From: Candidatus Bathyarchaeota archaeon
GTDB taxonomy: Archaea; Thermoproteota; Bathyarchaeia; TCS64
DNA: 49,377 bases
Assembly: GCA_043826455.1 (NCBI GenBank)
Contig: JBDRQD010000073.1
Span: 1 to 49,377, forward strand
Reading direction: 5' to 3'
In this document: one piece after another, positions 37,119 through 47,535 of the stretch
Layout: every line of letters starts with the position of its first letter
Position numbering within the stretch: position 1 is the first letter of the stretch
Translations under genes and position numbers: made by a program
The notes under the pieces: generated by a model
The model's database searches: none
What the model saw: the letters and a program-made list of their open reading frames with translations, nothing else
Told to the model about the DNA's origin: nothing

Positions 37119-38330
37119 TTGGTAGATTTTTCATTCACTGAAGAGCAGGACCTGTTCCGGGAAGCCGTCCGGGAATGGCTATCCAAGAACCTCACCCTAG
37201 AGCATGTGAGGGAGAACGACACGAAGCACGAGATACCCCGATCCTTCATCAAGGGTCTGGGGGACCTTGGCTTGATACTGTTGACGCTGCCGGAGGAGGA
37301 CGGAGGGTCCAACGCCGACTGGGTCACAGCGACCATAGGGGCGGAGGAGCTGGGGTACGCGGACATCTCCGTGGCCACACCCGTCTTCTACCTGGTCCAG
37401 GCCAGCTGGGGCTACGTGGTCAACAAGTTGGCCTCGGAGACCGTGAAGGAGCGGTACATCAGGAGGGCCGCTAAGGGGAACGGGTTTATAGGGATAGGCG
37501 TCACTGAGCCTGGCGGAGGCTCAGACGTGGCCGGGTTCAAGACCAACCTGAAGCCCGACAAGGGCGGCGGTTGGGTGGTTAATGGCGAGAAGTGTTACAT
37601 CAGCGGTACGGCTGAGGCCACCGATATGGACGGAGGCTACTTCGTATCAGGCTACACTGACCGAGCGGCGGGCCACAGAGGGATGACGGCGGTTTTCATG
37701 CCCATCAACATGGAGGGCGTGGAGATCACCAAGCGGTTCGACAACATGGGCAGGATGGCCATCAGCACAGGCGGCTTCACGATGACCGACGTCAAGGTCC
37801 CCAAGGAGTACCAGCTCGGCGAGACCAACCGCGGCTTCTACCACACCATGGAGGGCTTCGACGCCGCCCGCGTCCTGGTCTCAGCCAGCTGCATAGGCGC
37901 GGCCCAGAGATGCCTGGAGATAGGCATGGACTACATCAAGGAGCGGGAGGCCTTCGGCCAGCCCCTGGCCAAGTACCAGGGAATCCAGTTCGACTTAGCC
38001 GATATGGTCGCCCACCACGAGGCCATCAGGAGCCTGGTCTACAGGACGGCCTGGATGCTGGACCAGAGGTATCAGCATGACAGCTTCACAGCCCTCGAGG
38101 TGAGCAAGTACCTTGGCATGTGCAAGTACCTGGCCCCCCACCACGCCCTGGACACCTTCAGGCGCGTCATGTACTGGCTGGGCGCCTACGGGTACACCAA
38201 GGAGTGCCCCCTGGAGATGGGCATCAGGGGCGTCATGAGCTACTGCATAGGAGCCGAGGGCGCCGCCAACATCCAGAAGATCATCATAGCCCGTGAGACC
38301 CTGGGGAGAGACTGGACCCGCGCCAGGTAA
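37119..38330 (+). CDS. Acyl-CoA dehydrogenase
   Basis: TEPGGGSD, NGEKCYIS, REAFGQPL and GAYGY motifs. Confidence 0.93.
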   Translation: MVDFSFTEEQDLFREAVREWLSKNLTLEHVRENDTKHEIPRSFIKGLGDLGLILLTLPEEDGGSNADWVTATIGAEELGYADISVATPVFYLVQASWGYVVNKLASETVKERYIRRAAKGNGFIGIGVTEPGGGSDVAGFKTNLKPDKGGGWVVNGEKCYISGTAEATDMDGGYFVSGYTDRAAGHRGMTAVFMPINMEGVEITKRFDNMGRMAISTGGFTMTDVKVPKEYQLGETNRGFYHTMEGFDAARVLVSASCIGAAQRCLEIGMDYIKEREAFGQPLAKYQGIQFDLADMVAHHEAIRSLVYRTAWMLDQRYQHDSFTALEVSKYLGMCKYLAPHHALDTFRRVMYWLGAYGYTKECPLEMGIRGVMSYCIGAEGAANIQKIIIARETLGRDWTRAR

Positions 38331-38397
38331 ACCCACACCCCACCCTTTTTTACGGTAACATTAAAAGCAGGGCGTAAAGGTATTCTCTGCGATAAAC

Positions 38398-38760
38398 ATG
38401 TCAGGAATGTCTCAGCTTCCACCCCCGGTCCAGGAGAGGATTCAGCGCCTACAGCAGCTACAGAACACCATGCAGCAGCTTCTAGCCCAGAGGCAGAGGA
38501 TAGAGATGGAGATGGCGGAGTCCGACAAGGCTCTGGAGGTGCTGAAGGAGGTGCCGGGGGACGCCAAGGTCTATAGGTCCGTGGGCGCCGTGCTGGTGGA
38601 GAAGGAACGGGACAAGGTCATAACGGACCTGGAGGAGAGGAAGGAGTTCCTGGACATGCGGGCCAAGGTTCTCCAGAAGCAGGAAGAGAAGACCAAGGAA
38701 AAGCTCACCGGCCTACAGGAAACCCTCCAGAAAGAGCTGGGTATTAGCCCAAGCGATTAA
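38398..38760 (+). CDS. pfdB: Prefoldin subunit beta
   Basis: Coiled coils flanking VYRSVGAVLVE. Confidence 0.93.
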   Translation: MSGMSQLPPPVQERIQRLQQLQNTMQQLLAQRQRIEMEMAESDKALEVLKEVPGDAKVYRSVGAVLVEKERDKVITDLEERKEFLDMRAKVLQKQEEKTKEKLTGLQETLQKELGISPSD

Positions 38761-38795
38761 CCAAAATCTTATCCCGTGTCCAGCGGACTTCACTC

Positions 38796-39794
38796 ATGTT
38801 CTCGCTGGGGATGGCGTTGAATCAAGGCTACGGTAGGCTGATGGACTGCATCGGTGCACGTGTGGTGATATTAGGCCACCACAACGCTGACCCCGATGTC
38901 ATAGGGGCAGCCCAGGGCATCAGAGAGCTTGTGACGACTCTGCGACCCGAGTCCTCGGTGCAGGTGTTCCTACCCGACGACGTGAGCTCCCTCTCCAAGT
39001 CTCTGGCGGCGAGCCTCGGCGTCGAGATCGAAGAGAAGGTCACCCTGTCGGACCCCGACACCTTCATAGTGGTGGATACGGGTAGCCTCAGCCAGTTGGG
39101 CCCCTACGAGAAGGTGATTAAGGAGACCAGGGGAAAAGTGGTCTTCATCGACCACCATCTTCAGAGGCCTGAGCTTCGTGAGGTCTGCCTCAGCATTCTG
39201 GAGCCTGAAGCGTCATCCACTTCTGAAATCGTGTACTGGATACTACGACACCATGACATTAAGCCCAGTCACGTGACGGCCAGCGCCCTGTTATCAGGCA
39301 TGGCTTTCGACAGCAAGCACTTCTCCATCGGCGGCCCCAGCCTTTTCAGAGCGGCATCAGAGCTGCTCGAGATCGTTGGCGACGTAGCGCATGTTAAGGA
39401 ACGGCTTGTTCAACCCATGAGCTACTCCGAGAAGGTGGCGCGCCTTAAGGCGAGTCAAAGGGCAGAGATTGTATCCATAGGAGAGTGGGTGGCTGCTTTC
39501 AGTGTCCTCGGGTCTTTCCAGTCTTCGGGGGCACGAGCGATGGTTTCACTGGGTGCTGATGTCGCGGCCGTGGTGGGGGAGGACAAGGGGGAGCTGAGGG
39601 TCAGCCTTCGCTCAACCAATGAGCTGCGCAACAGGACAGGGTTTCACCTAGGGGATTTGGCCGCCCAGCTTGGCGCCGAGTTTGACGGCTCCGGCAGCGG
39701 ACATCCGACTGCTGCCGGGGTGAACTGCCGAGGCTCACTGGACTCGTTCAGGGTCAGGTTCTTTGAGCTGGTGACAGAAGCCATCCGCGCCTAA
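38796..39794 (+). CDS. DHH/DHHA1 phosphoesterase
   Basis: HHNADPD, VVDT, IDHH, SSTSE and GSGHPTAAG. Confidence 0.9.
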   Translation: MFSLGMALNQGYGRLMDCIGARVVILGHHNADPDVIGAAQGIRELVTTLRPESSVQVFLPDDVSSLSKSLAASLGVEIEEKVTLSDPDTFIVVDTGSLSQLGPYEKVIKETRGKVVFIDHHLQRPELREVCLSILEPEASSTSEIVYWILRHHDIKPSHVTASALLSGMAFDSKHFSIGGPSLFRAASELLEIVGDVAHVKERLVQPMSYSEKVARLKASQRAEIVSIGEWVAAFSVLGSFQSSGARAMVSLGADVAAVVGEDKGELRVSLRSTNELRNRTGFHLGDLAAQLGAEFDGSGSGHPTAAGVNCRGSLDSFRVRFFELVTEAIRA

Positions 39795-39865
39795 AACACC
39801 AGTATTATAGACATAACTATTATATCCTGAGGCGTTTTCCATTATCAAATCCTTCAGATACGAGG

Positions 39866-41611
39866 GTGGATAGTTTGACGATCATCGAGGTGCGGGACCT
39901 AACCTATACGTACCCCCACGCCTCCAGACCCGCCCTCAAGGACGTAAACCTGGATATCAACGCCGGGGAGTTCCTACTACTGACGGGGCCAAGCGGCTGC
40001 GGCAAGACAACCTTCTGCAGAGCACTGAACGGCCTGATACCCAAGTTCTACAGCGGCGAGATGCTGGGCACCGTTAAGGTCGAGGGCCTGGACACACGGG
40101 AGCACCCCACCATGAAGCTGGCCCAACACGTGGGCCTCATCTTCCAGAACCCTGACAACCAGATATTCGCCCTCACGGTGGAGAAGGACATAGCCTTCGG
40201 CCTCGAGAACCTGGGCGTACCCAAAGCCCAGATGCTTCAGCAGATACGCTGGGCAGCCGAGAACACAGGCATATGGGAATTAATGCAGAGGGCCACCCAC
40301 GAGCTGTCCGGGGGCCAGAAGCAGCGCCTAACCATAGCGTCCATCCTCGCCATGCGCCCGAAGATCATCGTCATGGACGAACCCACGGCGTTCCTGGACC
40401 CCGTGGGGGCCGAGCACATATTCGAGGTCCTGGACAAGCTGAACAAAGAGCACGGGATGACCATCATCCTCATCGAGCACAGGATGGACCTGGCCGCAAA
40501 ACACGTGAACAGGATTATCATTTTTAACAATGGCATGGTAGTCCACGACGGTAAGCCCCAGGAGGTGCTCGTCGAGGAGTCCACGAGGCTTCTGGGTGTC
40601 GGCACCCCGAGAATTCTTGAGCTGGCCCGCAGACTAGAGCCCAGAGGCCTCAAGATGAACAGCCTGCCCGTCTCAGCCGAGGCACTGTACGAGTCCCTGA
40701 AACCTTATCTCCCTGAGCCTCGAGCCGGGCCAGCAGTCGACGGTAGAGGCCTGGATGAATATGTGGGGGAGTATCACCACCAGCCCATCATACAGGTGAA
40801 GGGCGTCAACTTCACCTACCCTGGAAACGTCAAGGCCCTAAATGATGTCGATCTCACAATAAATCAGGGAGACTTCGTCGCCATCATGGGTGAAAACGGC
40901 GCCGGTAAGACAACCCTGGTCAAGCACTTCAACGGGCTGCTGAGGCCTCAGTCCGGCTCCGTGCTCGTGGAGAACTTGGACATCGTAGGCACCAGCGTAG
41001 CCAAGCTGTCCAGAAAAGTTGGCCTCGTATTCCAGAACCCCGACGATCAGCTCTTCGAGGAGACCGTGGAGAAGGAGATCAGCTTCGCCCTCAAAAATTT
41101 TGGTTTCAATGACAGCGTCGTGGAGAAACGTGTCAACTGGGCCCTGAACCTCCTGGACCTCGCTGAGTACAAGGACAAGAGCCCCTTCACCCTGAGCGGA
41201 GGCGAGCGCAAGAGAGTAGCGCTGGCCTCAGTGCTAGCCTGGGACCCCGACATCCTGGTGCTGGACGAGCCCACGGTGGGCCAGGACTACGGCCAGAAGG
41301 AGAGGCTGCGCCACTTCCTTGTCCAACTGAGAACCCAGGGGAAGACGGTCATCATAGTCACCCACGACGTGGAGTTCGTTGCGGAGAGCCAGCCCAGGAT
41401 CGTGCTCATGGCCCAGGGCCGAGTCATCGGGGAGGGCCCGGCCAAGGAGATCATGACCTGCCCCGAGAAGCTCAGCCAATGCAGTGTGGCTCAGCCAGAG
41501 ATCACGAGGCTGTTCAACAGGCTTTCCCGCCACGGCCTTCCCTCTGACGTGCTGGACGTGGACGAAGCCTACGATATCCTAGTTAGATACCTGAAGGAGG
41601 CTGACCCATGA
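39866..41611 (+). CDS. ECF transporter ATPase (fused A-A')
   Basis: Two ABC domains: GPSGCGKT/LSGGQ/DEP and GENGAGKT/LSGGE/DEP, each with FQNP. Confidence 0.93.
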   Translation: MDSLTIIEVRDLTYTYPHASRPALKDVNLDINAGEFLLLTGPSGCGKTTFCRALNGLIPKFYSGEMLGTVKVEGLDTREHPTMKLAQHVGLIFQNPDNQIFALTVEKDIAFGLENLGVPKAQMLQQIRWAAENTGIWELMQRATHELSGGQKQRLTIASILAMRPKIIVMDEPTAFLDPVGAEHIFEVLDKLNKEHGMTIILIEHRMDLAAKHVNRIIIFNNGMVVHDGKPQEVLVEESTRLLGVGTPRILELARRLEPRGLKMNSLPVSAEALYESLKPYLPEPRAGPAVDGRGLDEYVGEYHHQPIIQVKGVNFTYPGNVKALNDVDLTINQGDFVAIMGENGAGKTTLVKHFNGLLRPQSGSVLVENLDIVGTSVAKLSRKVGLVFQNPDDQLFEETVEKEISFALKNFGFNDSVVEKRVNWALNLLDLAEYKDKSPFTLSGGERKRVALASVLAWDPDILVLDEPTVGQDYGQKERLRHFLVQLRTQGKTVIIVTHDVEFVAESQPRIVLMAQGRVIGEGPAKEIMTCPEKLSQCSVAQPEITRLFNRLSRHGLPSDVLDVDEAYDILVRYLKEADP

Positions 41612-42402
41612 GCCTTCTGGAGAGCCTCAGGTTCACCCGAGGCGACACGCCCATCCACAACATGGACCCCAGGGTCAAGTTCATGCTGACCATGACCCTC
41701 TTCACGGCCTCCGTGATGTTCCTCGACCTGATCCCCCTGGCGGCCATCTTCCTCGTGCAGGCGCCCATCGTGGCCTACGCCAAGGTGGCGGGCGCGTGGC
41801 TCAAGTCCCTGAAGGGGGCGTCCATGATAGCTGCCATCATCTTCGTCACCAACATGGCCAGCTTCTACTACTTCCGGGGCGGCGTCCTCACATACGGGAT
41901 ACTGGAGTACAGCCTCGCCCTCACCCTAAGGTTCATCGTACTTGTGACGAGCTTCAGCATCTTCTTCCTCACAACCAGCCCGGACAAGCTGAGCCTAGCC
42001 CTGGAGAAGGCCCGGATACCCTACGAGTTCAACTTCGCCTTCATAACGGCCATCAGGTTCGTGCCCGTGCTGGCGGATGAGGCCCAGACCATCATGGACG
42101 CCCAGAGAAGCAGGGGGCTTGAGCTGGACAGGGGCAACTTCCTGATGCGTGTAAGGAACTACATACCCATCCTGCTTCCGCTCATCATCAACTCCATCAG
42201 GCGGAGCCTGGAGCTCGCCGAGGCCATGGAGTCCAGAGCCTTCGGCGCCACCGAGAACAGGACAAACCTATACGAGTTGAAGATGACCCGATTCGACTAT
42301 ATGATGCTCTTCATCATTCTGCTTAGTATAGGGCTGCTCGTTTACCTGAAACTGTTTTACCCTGGCTTCCCCAAGCTCCTCGGTGAAGGCGTAATACTGT
42401 AA
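41608..42402 (+). CDS. ecfT: ECF transporter T component
   Basis: MDPRVK, AIRFVP, AQRSRG and AMESRAF. Confidence 0.93.
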   Translation: MSLLESLRFTRGDTPIHNMDPRVKFMLTMTLFTASVMFLDLIPLAAIFLVQAPIVAYAKVAGAWLKSLKGASMIAAIIFVTNMASFYYFRGGVLTYGILEYSLALTLRFIVLVTSFSIFFLTTSPDKLSLALEKARIPYEFNFAFITAIRFVPVLADEAQTIMDAQRSRGLELDRGNFLMRVRNYIPILLPLIINSIRRSLELAEAMESRAFGATENRTNLYELKMTRFDYMMLFIILLSIGLLVYLKLFYPGFPKLLGEGVIL

Positions 42403-42506
42403 TCGGGGGGCGCCGATGGAAAGTAATGGTTTTTGAGGATGCTTTATAAGCTAGTAATTATTCTTTTTCGAGATTAATGATGGTAAAAACCCCAGCCATC
42501 CAGGTG

Positions 42507-42534
42507 GATCAAAAACATTTACAGCTTTTTGATC
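42507..42534. promoter_or_regulatory. Perfect 9-bp inverted repeat, candidate operator upstream of the PhoU/AbrB gene
   Basis: GATCAAAAA-N10-TTTTTGATC, 45 nt upstream of start 42580. Confidence 0.45.
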
Positions 42535-42579
42535 AACTTGCACAGACGGGTGCCAATATTTACTGTTCAGGTGAAGTAG

Positions 42580-43641
42580 TTGGAGCCTAGGAAAATCCAG
42601 AAAGTAGGCTACTCGACGCTCTCCGTCTCAATACCCATGAACTGGGCGAAGAAGATGGGCATCGCCAAAGGGGACATCGTATTCATATCGGAGGAGAACG
42701 ACGGGGCCCTCAGGATAACTCCCGAGCCCACAAAAGCGGAGGACAGCAGCATATACGTGGTCAACGTTGACAACTGCGACAACACAAAGGTCCTGGCGCG
42801 GGTCATTGTGGGGAACTACGTCCTCGGCCGCAACCTCATAAGGGTGGAGTCGTCCCGGAGACTCATGAGAGAGCAGATCGAGAGCATAAGGAGTGTAACT
42901 CAGAGGCTGCTCGGCATCGGGATAATAGAGGAGAGTGACAGGCACCTCCTTCTCCAGTGCAGCATAGACCCCAAGAACTTCCCGCTGGAGACGGTGGTTA
43001 GACGCCTTCACGTCATCACCAGCATCATGTTCAAGGAGAGTATCGACGCCCTCATAGACAGGGACATGGAGCTAGCCAAGGACGCCATCGCCCGTGAACA
43101 CGAGGCAGATACCATCTTCTGGCTCCTGGCGAGGCTCTTAGCCAGTGCCCAGCAGTCAAGACTCGTCTCCGAGGCCATAGGGATCACGGACCCCATGGAG
43201 GTGGTTGAGCACAACCTCATAGCGTGGTACCTGGAGATGATAGCCGACAGGCTGAACAACGTCGCCTCAAACATCCTGGAGCTGGAGAACTATAGGGACG
43301 ATTCGGACGAGGCCCTCATCGAGAGGCTCAGCCAGATATGCCTCATATGCTTCACCATGTTCGACCAGGCCATGAGGAGCCTCTTCGAGAACGACCTCAA
43401 GCTTGCCAGCGACGCCGTGGACCTCTACGAGGCCGTGGAAATGGAGGAGGACAGCCTCCTGAAGGAGTTCCAGAAGAACCACGACCCCGAGGTCTCCGTC
43501 CACGTGAACGAGATCGCGTGGGAGATGAGGATCATCAGCGAGTACAGTACGGCGATAGCCACCATCTCCATCGATAACGTGCTGAAGTCCAACAACGATA
43601 TCTGCTCCGTGGTCGAGCGCGATATCGACGAGGCCGAGTGA
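42580..43641 (+). CDS. Archaeal PhoU-family regulator with N-terminal AbrB domain
   Basis: RKIQKVGYSTLSVSIPMNWAK...GD (AbrB-like) followed by PhoU-type helical repeats. Confidence 0.88.
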   Translation: MEPRKIQKVGYSTLSVSIPMNWAKKMGIAKGDIVFISEENDGALRITPEPTKAEDSSIYVVNVDNCDNTKVLARVIVGNYVLGRNLIRVESSRRLMREQIESIRSVTQRLLGIGIIEESDRHLLLQCSIDPKNFPLETVVRRLHVITSIMFKESIDALIDRDMELAKDAIAREHEADTIFWLLARLLASAQQSRLVSEAIGITDPMEVVEHNLIAWYLEMIADRLNNVASNILELENYRDDSDEALIERLSQICLICFTMFDQAMRSLFENDLKLASDAVDLYEAVEMEEDSLLKEFQKNHDPEVSVHVNEIAWEMRIISEYSTAIATISIDNVLKSNNDICSVVERDIDEAE

Positions 43642-43871
43642 GCCCCAAACTCTTTTCCTCACTCCCTAGTCCAATTTTCACCGATAAATGAAAAAAACCT
43701 CAAAACGGCGGGGTTAAACCTTCATCGTATATATCTCGTTAACGCGTATATATTACGCTAAACATAAGCAGTGGATTGACGCTACTGTTTCATGATTTTA
43801 TTTTAAGAAAGGGTTTAAAAGAGTCCTGCTTCTGTCTATAGTCAAAATACGGTACAGGGATTGACCTAGAT

Positions 43872-46079
43872 ATGCCACGATATAAACAAACAGACGACAT
43901 CCTCAAGCTGATGCATAATCGGGACAAGGTCCGAAACATCGGCATAATCGCTCACATAGACCACGGTAAGACCACCATGAGCGACAGCCTCCTGGCCCAG
44001 GCGGGCCTCATGGCCCCCAACCGGGCGGGGGAGGTTAGAGCCCTGGACTACCTGGAGGAGGAGCAGAGGAGAGGTATTACTATCAAGACGGCCAACATCA
44101 GCCTCATGTACGAGGAGGGGAAGGACCAGTACGTCATCAACCTCATCGACACCCCAGGCCACGTGGACTTTTCAGGCAAAGTCACGAGGGCCATGAGGGC
44201 CCTGGACGGCTGCATCCTGCTGGTGGACGCAGTGGAGGAGTTCCAGATCATGACGGAGGTCAGACTCCGCATCGCCCTGGACGAGATGGTTAAGCCTATA
44301 TTATACATCAACAAGTTCGACAGGCTCATCAAGGAGCTGAAGATGGACCCCCAGGCCATCCAGAAGAAGCTTCTCAGAATAATCAACAAGTTCAACGAGA
44401 TCGTTCAGACCTACGGCCTAGACGAGGTGAAGAACGAGTGGACGGTGAACGCGGCCAAGGGCGAGGTGGCCTTCGGCTCGGCCCTGGATCTATGGGGCTT
44501 CACCCTACCGATGCTTCAGAAGAACGGCCTCACTCTCCCCGACATCGTAAAGATGTACGGCGACGGTAAGCTGAAGGAGCTGCAGGAGATGCTGCCCCTC
44601 AGCGAGGCCATACTCAGCATGGCCGTCCACAAGCTGCCGTCACCCGACGTCCATCAGCCCCGCAGAATCAAGCAGATCTGGAAGGGCGACCTGGAGAGCA
44701 AGATGGGCAAGTCCATGATGGCCGTGGACCCTGACGGCCCCGTAGTCATATGCCTCACCAATATAGTCATCGACCCCCAGGCCGGCGTAGTCAGCACTGG
44801 CAGGGTGTTCAGCGGCACCATCAGGAAGGGTGAGACATTGAACCTTCTGGGCGCCGAGAAGGTGTTCAAGGCCCAGCAGGTCAGCATCTACATGGGTCAG
44901 TACCGTGAGATAGTGGACGAGATCCCTGCGGGTAACATCGTGGCGCTCCTCGGCCTATCAGAGGCTAGGGCGGGCGAGACCATCGTGAGCCCGGACATAC
45001 TGGACCACGCGTTCCCCTTCGAGTCCATGAAGTACTTGTCTGACCCCGTCCTCACCATAGCTGTGGAGCCCAAGAGGCCCATGGACCTGCCTAAACTCAT
45101 CGACGCCATGCAGAAGCTGAGCATCCAGGACCCCAACCTGGTGACCACCATAAACCAGGAGACCGGAGAGTACCTCCTGGCGGGCATGGGTGAGCTCCAC
45201 CTGGAGATCGCTGTCAAGGACATCAAGAGTCAGTACGGCCTGGACCTCATCCAGACGGAGCCCACAGTAGTCTACCGTGAGGCCATAAGGGAGGAAGTCG
45301 GTCCCTTCATGGGCAAGAGCCCCAACAAGCACAACAGGATATTCTTTAACTTCAAGCCCCTTGACGACAACATCATACAGCTCATCAAGGATGGCGAGAT
45401 CAACGAGCTCCTAAGCCAGAGCCGCCTCGAGGAGGTCCTCGTCAAGAAGGCTGGGTGGACCACACGCGAGTCGAGGCAGGTCTTCGCCATCAACGAGAAC
45501 GCCAACGTGCTCATAGACACCACCGTAGGCATACAGGGACTAAGGGAGGTCAAGCAGCACATCAGCGGAGGCTTCCAGTGGGCCCTCCAGAACGGGCCCC
45601 TAGCGGGTGAGACAGTGAGAGGCCTCCTCGTGGACATGATAGACATCAAGCTGCACGAGGACCCAGTCCACCGTGGTCCAGCCCAGATGATGCCCGCAGT
45701 CCGCGGAGCCTTATTCGCCGGTATACTAAGCGCCAACCCGACCCTCCTTGAGCCAATATACAAGATTAGCGTCCGAGTGCCGGCGATGGAGATGGGTAAC
45801 GTCACAGGGCTCCTCAGCAGGAAACGGGGAAGCATCCACAGCGTGGAGCAGGACGGACCCATCGTCAACATAATAGGCATGATCCCGGTCTCCGAGACCC
45901 TGGGCCTCTCCCAGGAGCTGCGCGCAGCCACCAGCGGCGCCGCCTTCTGGCAGATGACCTTCGACCACTGGGCCCCGGTTCCAGACAGCATGCTCCTGGA
46001 GCTGATCGAGAAGATCAGGACAAGGAAGGGGATGAGCCCCGAGCCGCCGAAGGCCAGCGACTACGTAGTCCGCGAGTAG
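43872..46079 (+). CDS. fusA: Translation elongation factor aEF-2
   Basis: AHIDHGKTT, RGITI, DTPGHVDF, NKFD and diphthamide loop LHEDPVHRGPAQ. Confidence 0.96.
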   Translation: MPRYKQTDDILKLMHNRDKVRNIGIIAHIDHGKTTMSDSLLAQAGLMAPNRAGEVRALDYLEEEQRRGITIKTANISLMYEEGKDQYVINLIDTPGHVDFSGKVTRAMRALDGCILLVDAVEEFQIMTEVRLRIALDEMVKPILYINKFDRLIKELKMDPQAIQKKLLRIINKFNEIVQTYGLDEVKNEWTVNAAKGEVAFGSALDLWGFTLPMLQKNGLTLPDIVKMYGDGKLKELQEMLPLSEAILSMAVHKLPSPDVHQPRRIKQIWKGDLESKMGKSMMAVDPDGPVVICLTNIVIDPQAGVVSTGRVFSGTIRKGETLNLLGAEKVFKAQQVSIYMGQYREIVDEIPAGNIVALLGLSEARAGETIVSPDILDHAFPFESMKYLSDPVLTIAVEPKRPMDLPKLIDAMQKLSIQDPNLVTTINQETGEYLLAGMGELHLEIAVKDIKSQYGLDLIQTEPTVVYREAIREEVGPFMGKSPNKHNRIFFNFKPLDDNIIQLIKDGEINELLSQSRLEEVLVKKAGWTTRESRQVFAINENANVLIDTTVGIQGLREVKQHISGGFQWALQNGPLAGETVRGLLVDMIDIKLHEDPVHRGPAQMMPAVRGALFAGILSANPTLLEPIYKISVRVPAMEMGNVTGLLSRKRGSIHSVEQDGPIVNIIGMIPVSETLGLSQELRAATSGAAFWQMTFDHWAPVPDSMLLELIEKIRTRKGMSPEPPKASDYVVRE

Positions 46080-46143
46080 CCTCCCAAAACTTTTCCTTTA
46101 CCCAATCATTTCTCTTATATCGTCAGCCCTCTGAGGCCAACAT

Positions 46144-47535
46144 ATGAAGATCAGAAATTATGAACACTTGGAGTCAAACACGTGTAGCCTGGAGATGCGA
46201 AGGCTGCGGGCTGATGTGGTCATGATACTTGAGGCGGCCCTGAACGCCGTGGACCCCAGGAAGGCTGTACTCGCGAAGGTGCAAGCCTCTGAACTTGGGC
46301 TGAGGATCGATGACTTGAACCTGCCTTGGGATGAGATCAGAGACATCGTTGTGGTGGGCGGAGGCAAGGCGGCTGGCCCCATGACCGAAGCCATCGAGGA
46401 GGCGATTGGAGATAGGGTGAAAGACGGGCTTGTGAACGTTCTCAAGGGGACGGAGACCGGCTGCAGCTTGAGACGCGTTAAGCTCAACCCCGCCTCGCAC
46501 CCCATACCCGACAAGGAGGGGGTGAGAGGTGTGAGAGCCATGATGCGGATGGTTTCCGGCTTAAACCGGAGAGACCTTGTCATCTGCCTAATCTCAGGAG
46601 GCGGCTCAGCGCTGATGCCTCTCCCAGCCGAAGGCGTAACCCTCGACGACATCCAGAGCGTCACAGGCTTGCTCCTCAAGGCCGGGGCCACTATAAATGA
46701 GTTAAACGCAGTGAGGAAGCACCTCTCAGCCTTCAAAGGCGGCCAGCTGGCTCGAGCCTGCCAGCCAGCCCGGGTTGTTAGCCTCATCCTATCTGATGTC
46801 GTCGGTGACCCTCTGGACACTATTGCCTCGGGGCCCACCTCGCCGGACCCGACGACCTTCTCCGTTGCGGTCAGCGTACTGAAAAAGTACGGGGTCTGGG
46901 ATGATCTGGCTTCAAGCGTAAAGAGTCGGCTTGAGGCTGGGGCGCGGGGAGAGATACCGGACACGCCCAAGGCTGATGACCCCATGTTCAATAACGTCCG
47001 CAACATCGTGGTGGCTAGCAACCTCACAGCATCCAAGTGGGCCACGGTGGAGGCCGAGAGACTGGGTTACAGGGCACAGCTCTTGACCACTCGCCTTGAG
47101 GGGGAGGCCAGACACGCCGGAGTATTCATAGCGGGGTTAGCTAAAGGAGTCGTCGTCAACGGGCTACCCTTGAAACCGCCAACTGCTCTGGTCATCGGCG
47201 GCGAGACAACCGTCAGAGTCAGGGGGCAAGGGATCGGTGGAAGAAACCAAGAGCTGGCATTGAGCGCCGCCCAGAATCTATCAGGTCTCAACTGCGTCAT
47301 AGCCGCCCTGGGGACAGACGGCATCGACGGGCCCACTGACGCCGCCGGGGCCATAGTGGACGGCGAGACAGCGAGACGAGCCGAGGACCTGGGCCTAGAT
47401 ATTTACCGCTTCTTGGAGGCCAACGACTCCTACAGCTTCTTCAAAGCCATGGGGGACCACATATTCACGGGGCCCACTGGGACCAACGTCAACGACCTAA
47501 CCATATTATTGTGTGGAAAGAGGGAAGATGCCTAG
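46144..47535 (+). CDS. Glycerate 2-kinase (MOFRL family)
   Basis: GGGKAA, HPIPD, ISGGGSAL, SDVVGD, GGETTV, GGRNQE, TDGIDG and GPTGTNVND. Confidence 0.93.
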   Translation: MKIRNYEHLESNTCSLEMRRLRADVVMILEAALNAVDPRKAVLAKVQASELGLRIDDLNLPWDEIRDIVVVGGGKAAGPMTEAIEEAIGDRVKDGLVNVLKGTETGCSLRRVKLNPASHPIPDKEGVRGVRAMMRMVSGLNRRDLVICLISGGGSALMPLPAEGVTLDDIQSVTGLLLKAGATINELNAVRKHLSAFKGGQLARACQPARVVSLILSDVVGDPLDTIASGPTSPDPTTFSVAVSVLKKYGVWDDLASSVKSRLEAGARGEIPDTPKADDPMFNNVRNIVVASNLTASKWATVEAERLGYRAQLLTTRLEGEARHAGVFIAGLAKGVVVNGLPLKPPTALVIGGETTVRVRGQGIGGRNQELALSAAQNLSGLNCVIAALGTDGIDGPTDAAGAIVDGETARRAEDLGLDIYRFLEANDSYSFFKAMGDHIFTGPTGTNVNDLTILLCGKREDA

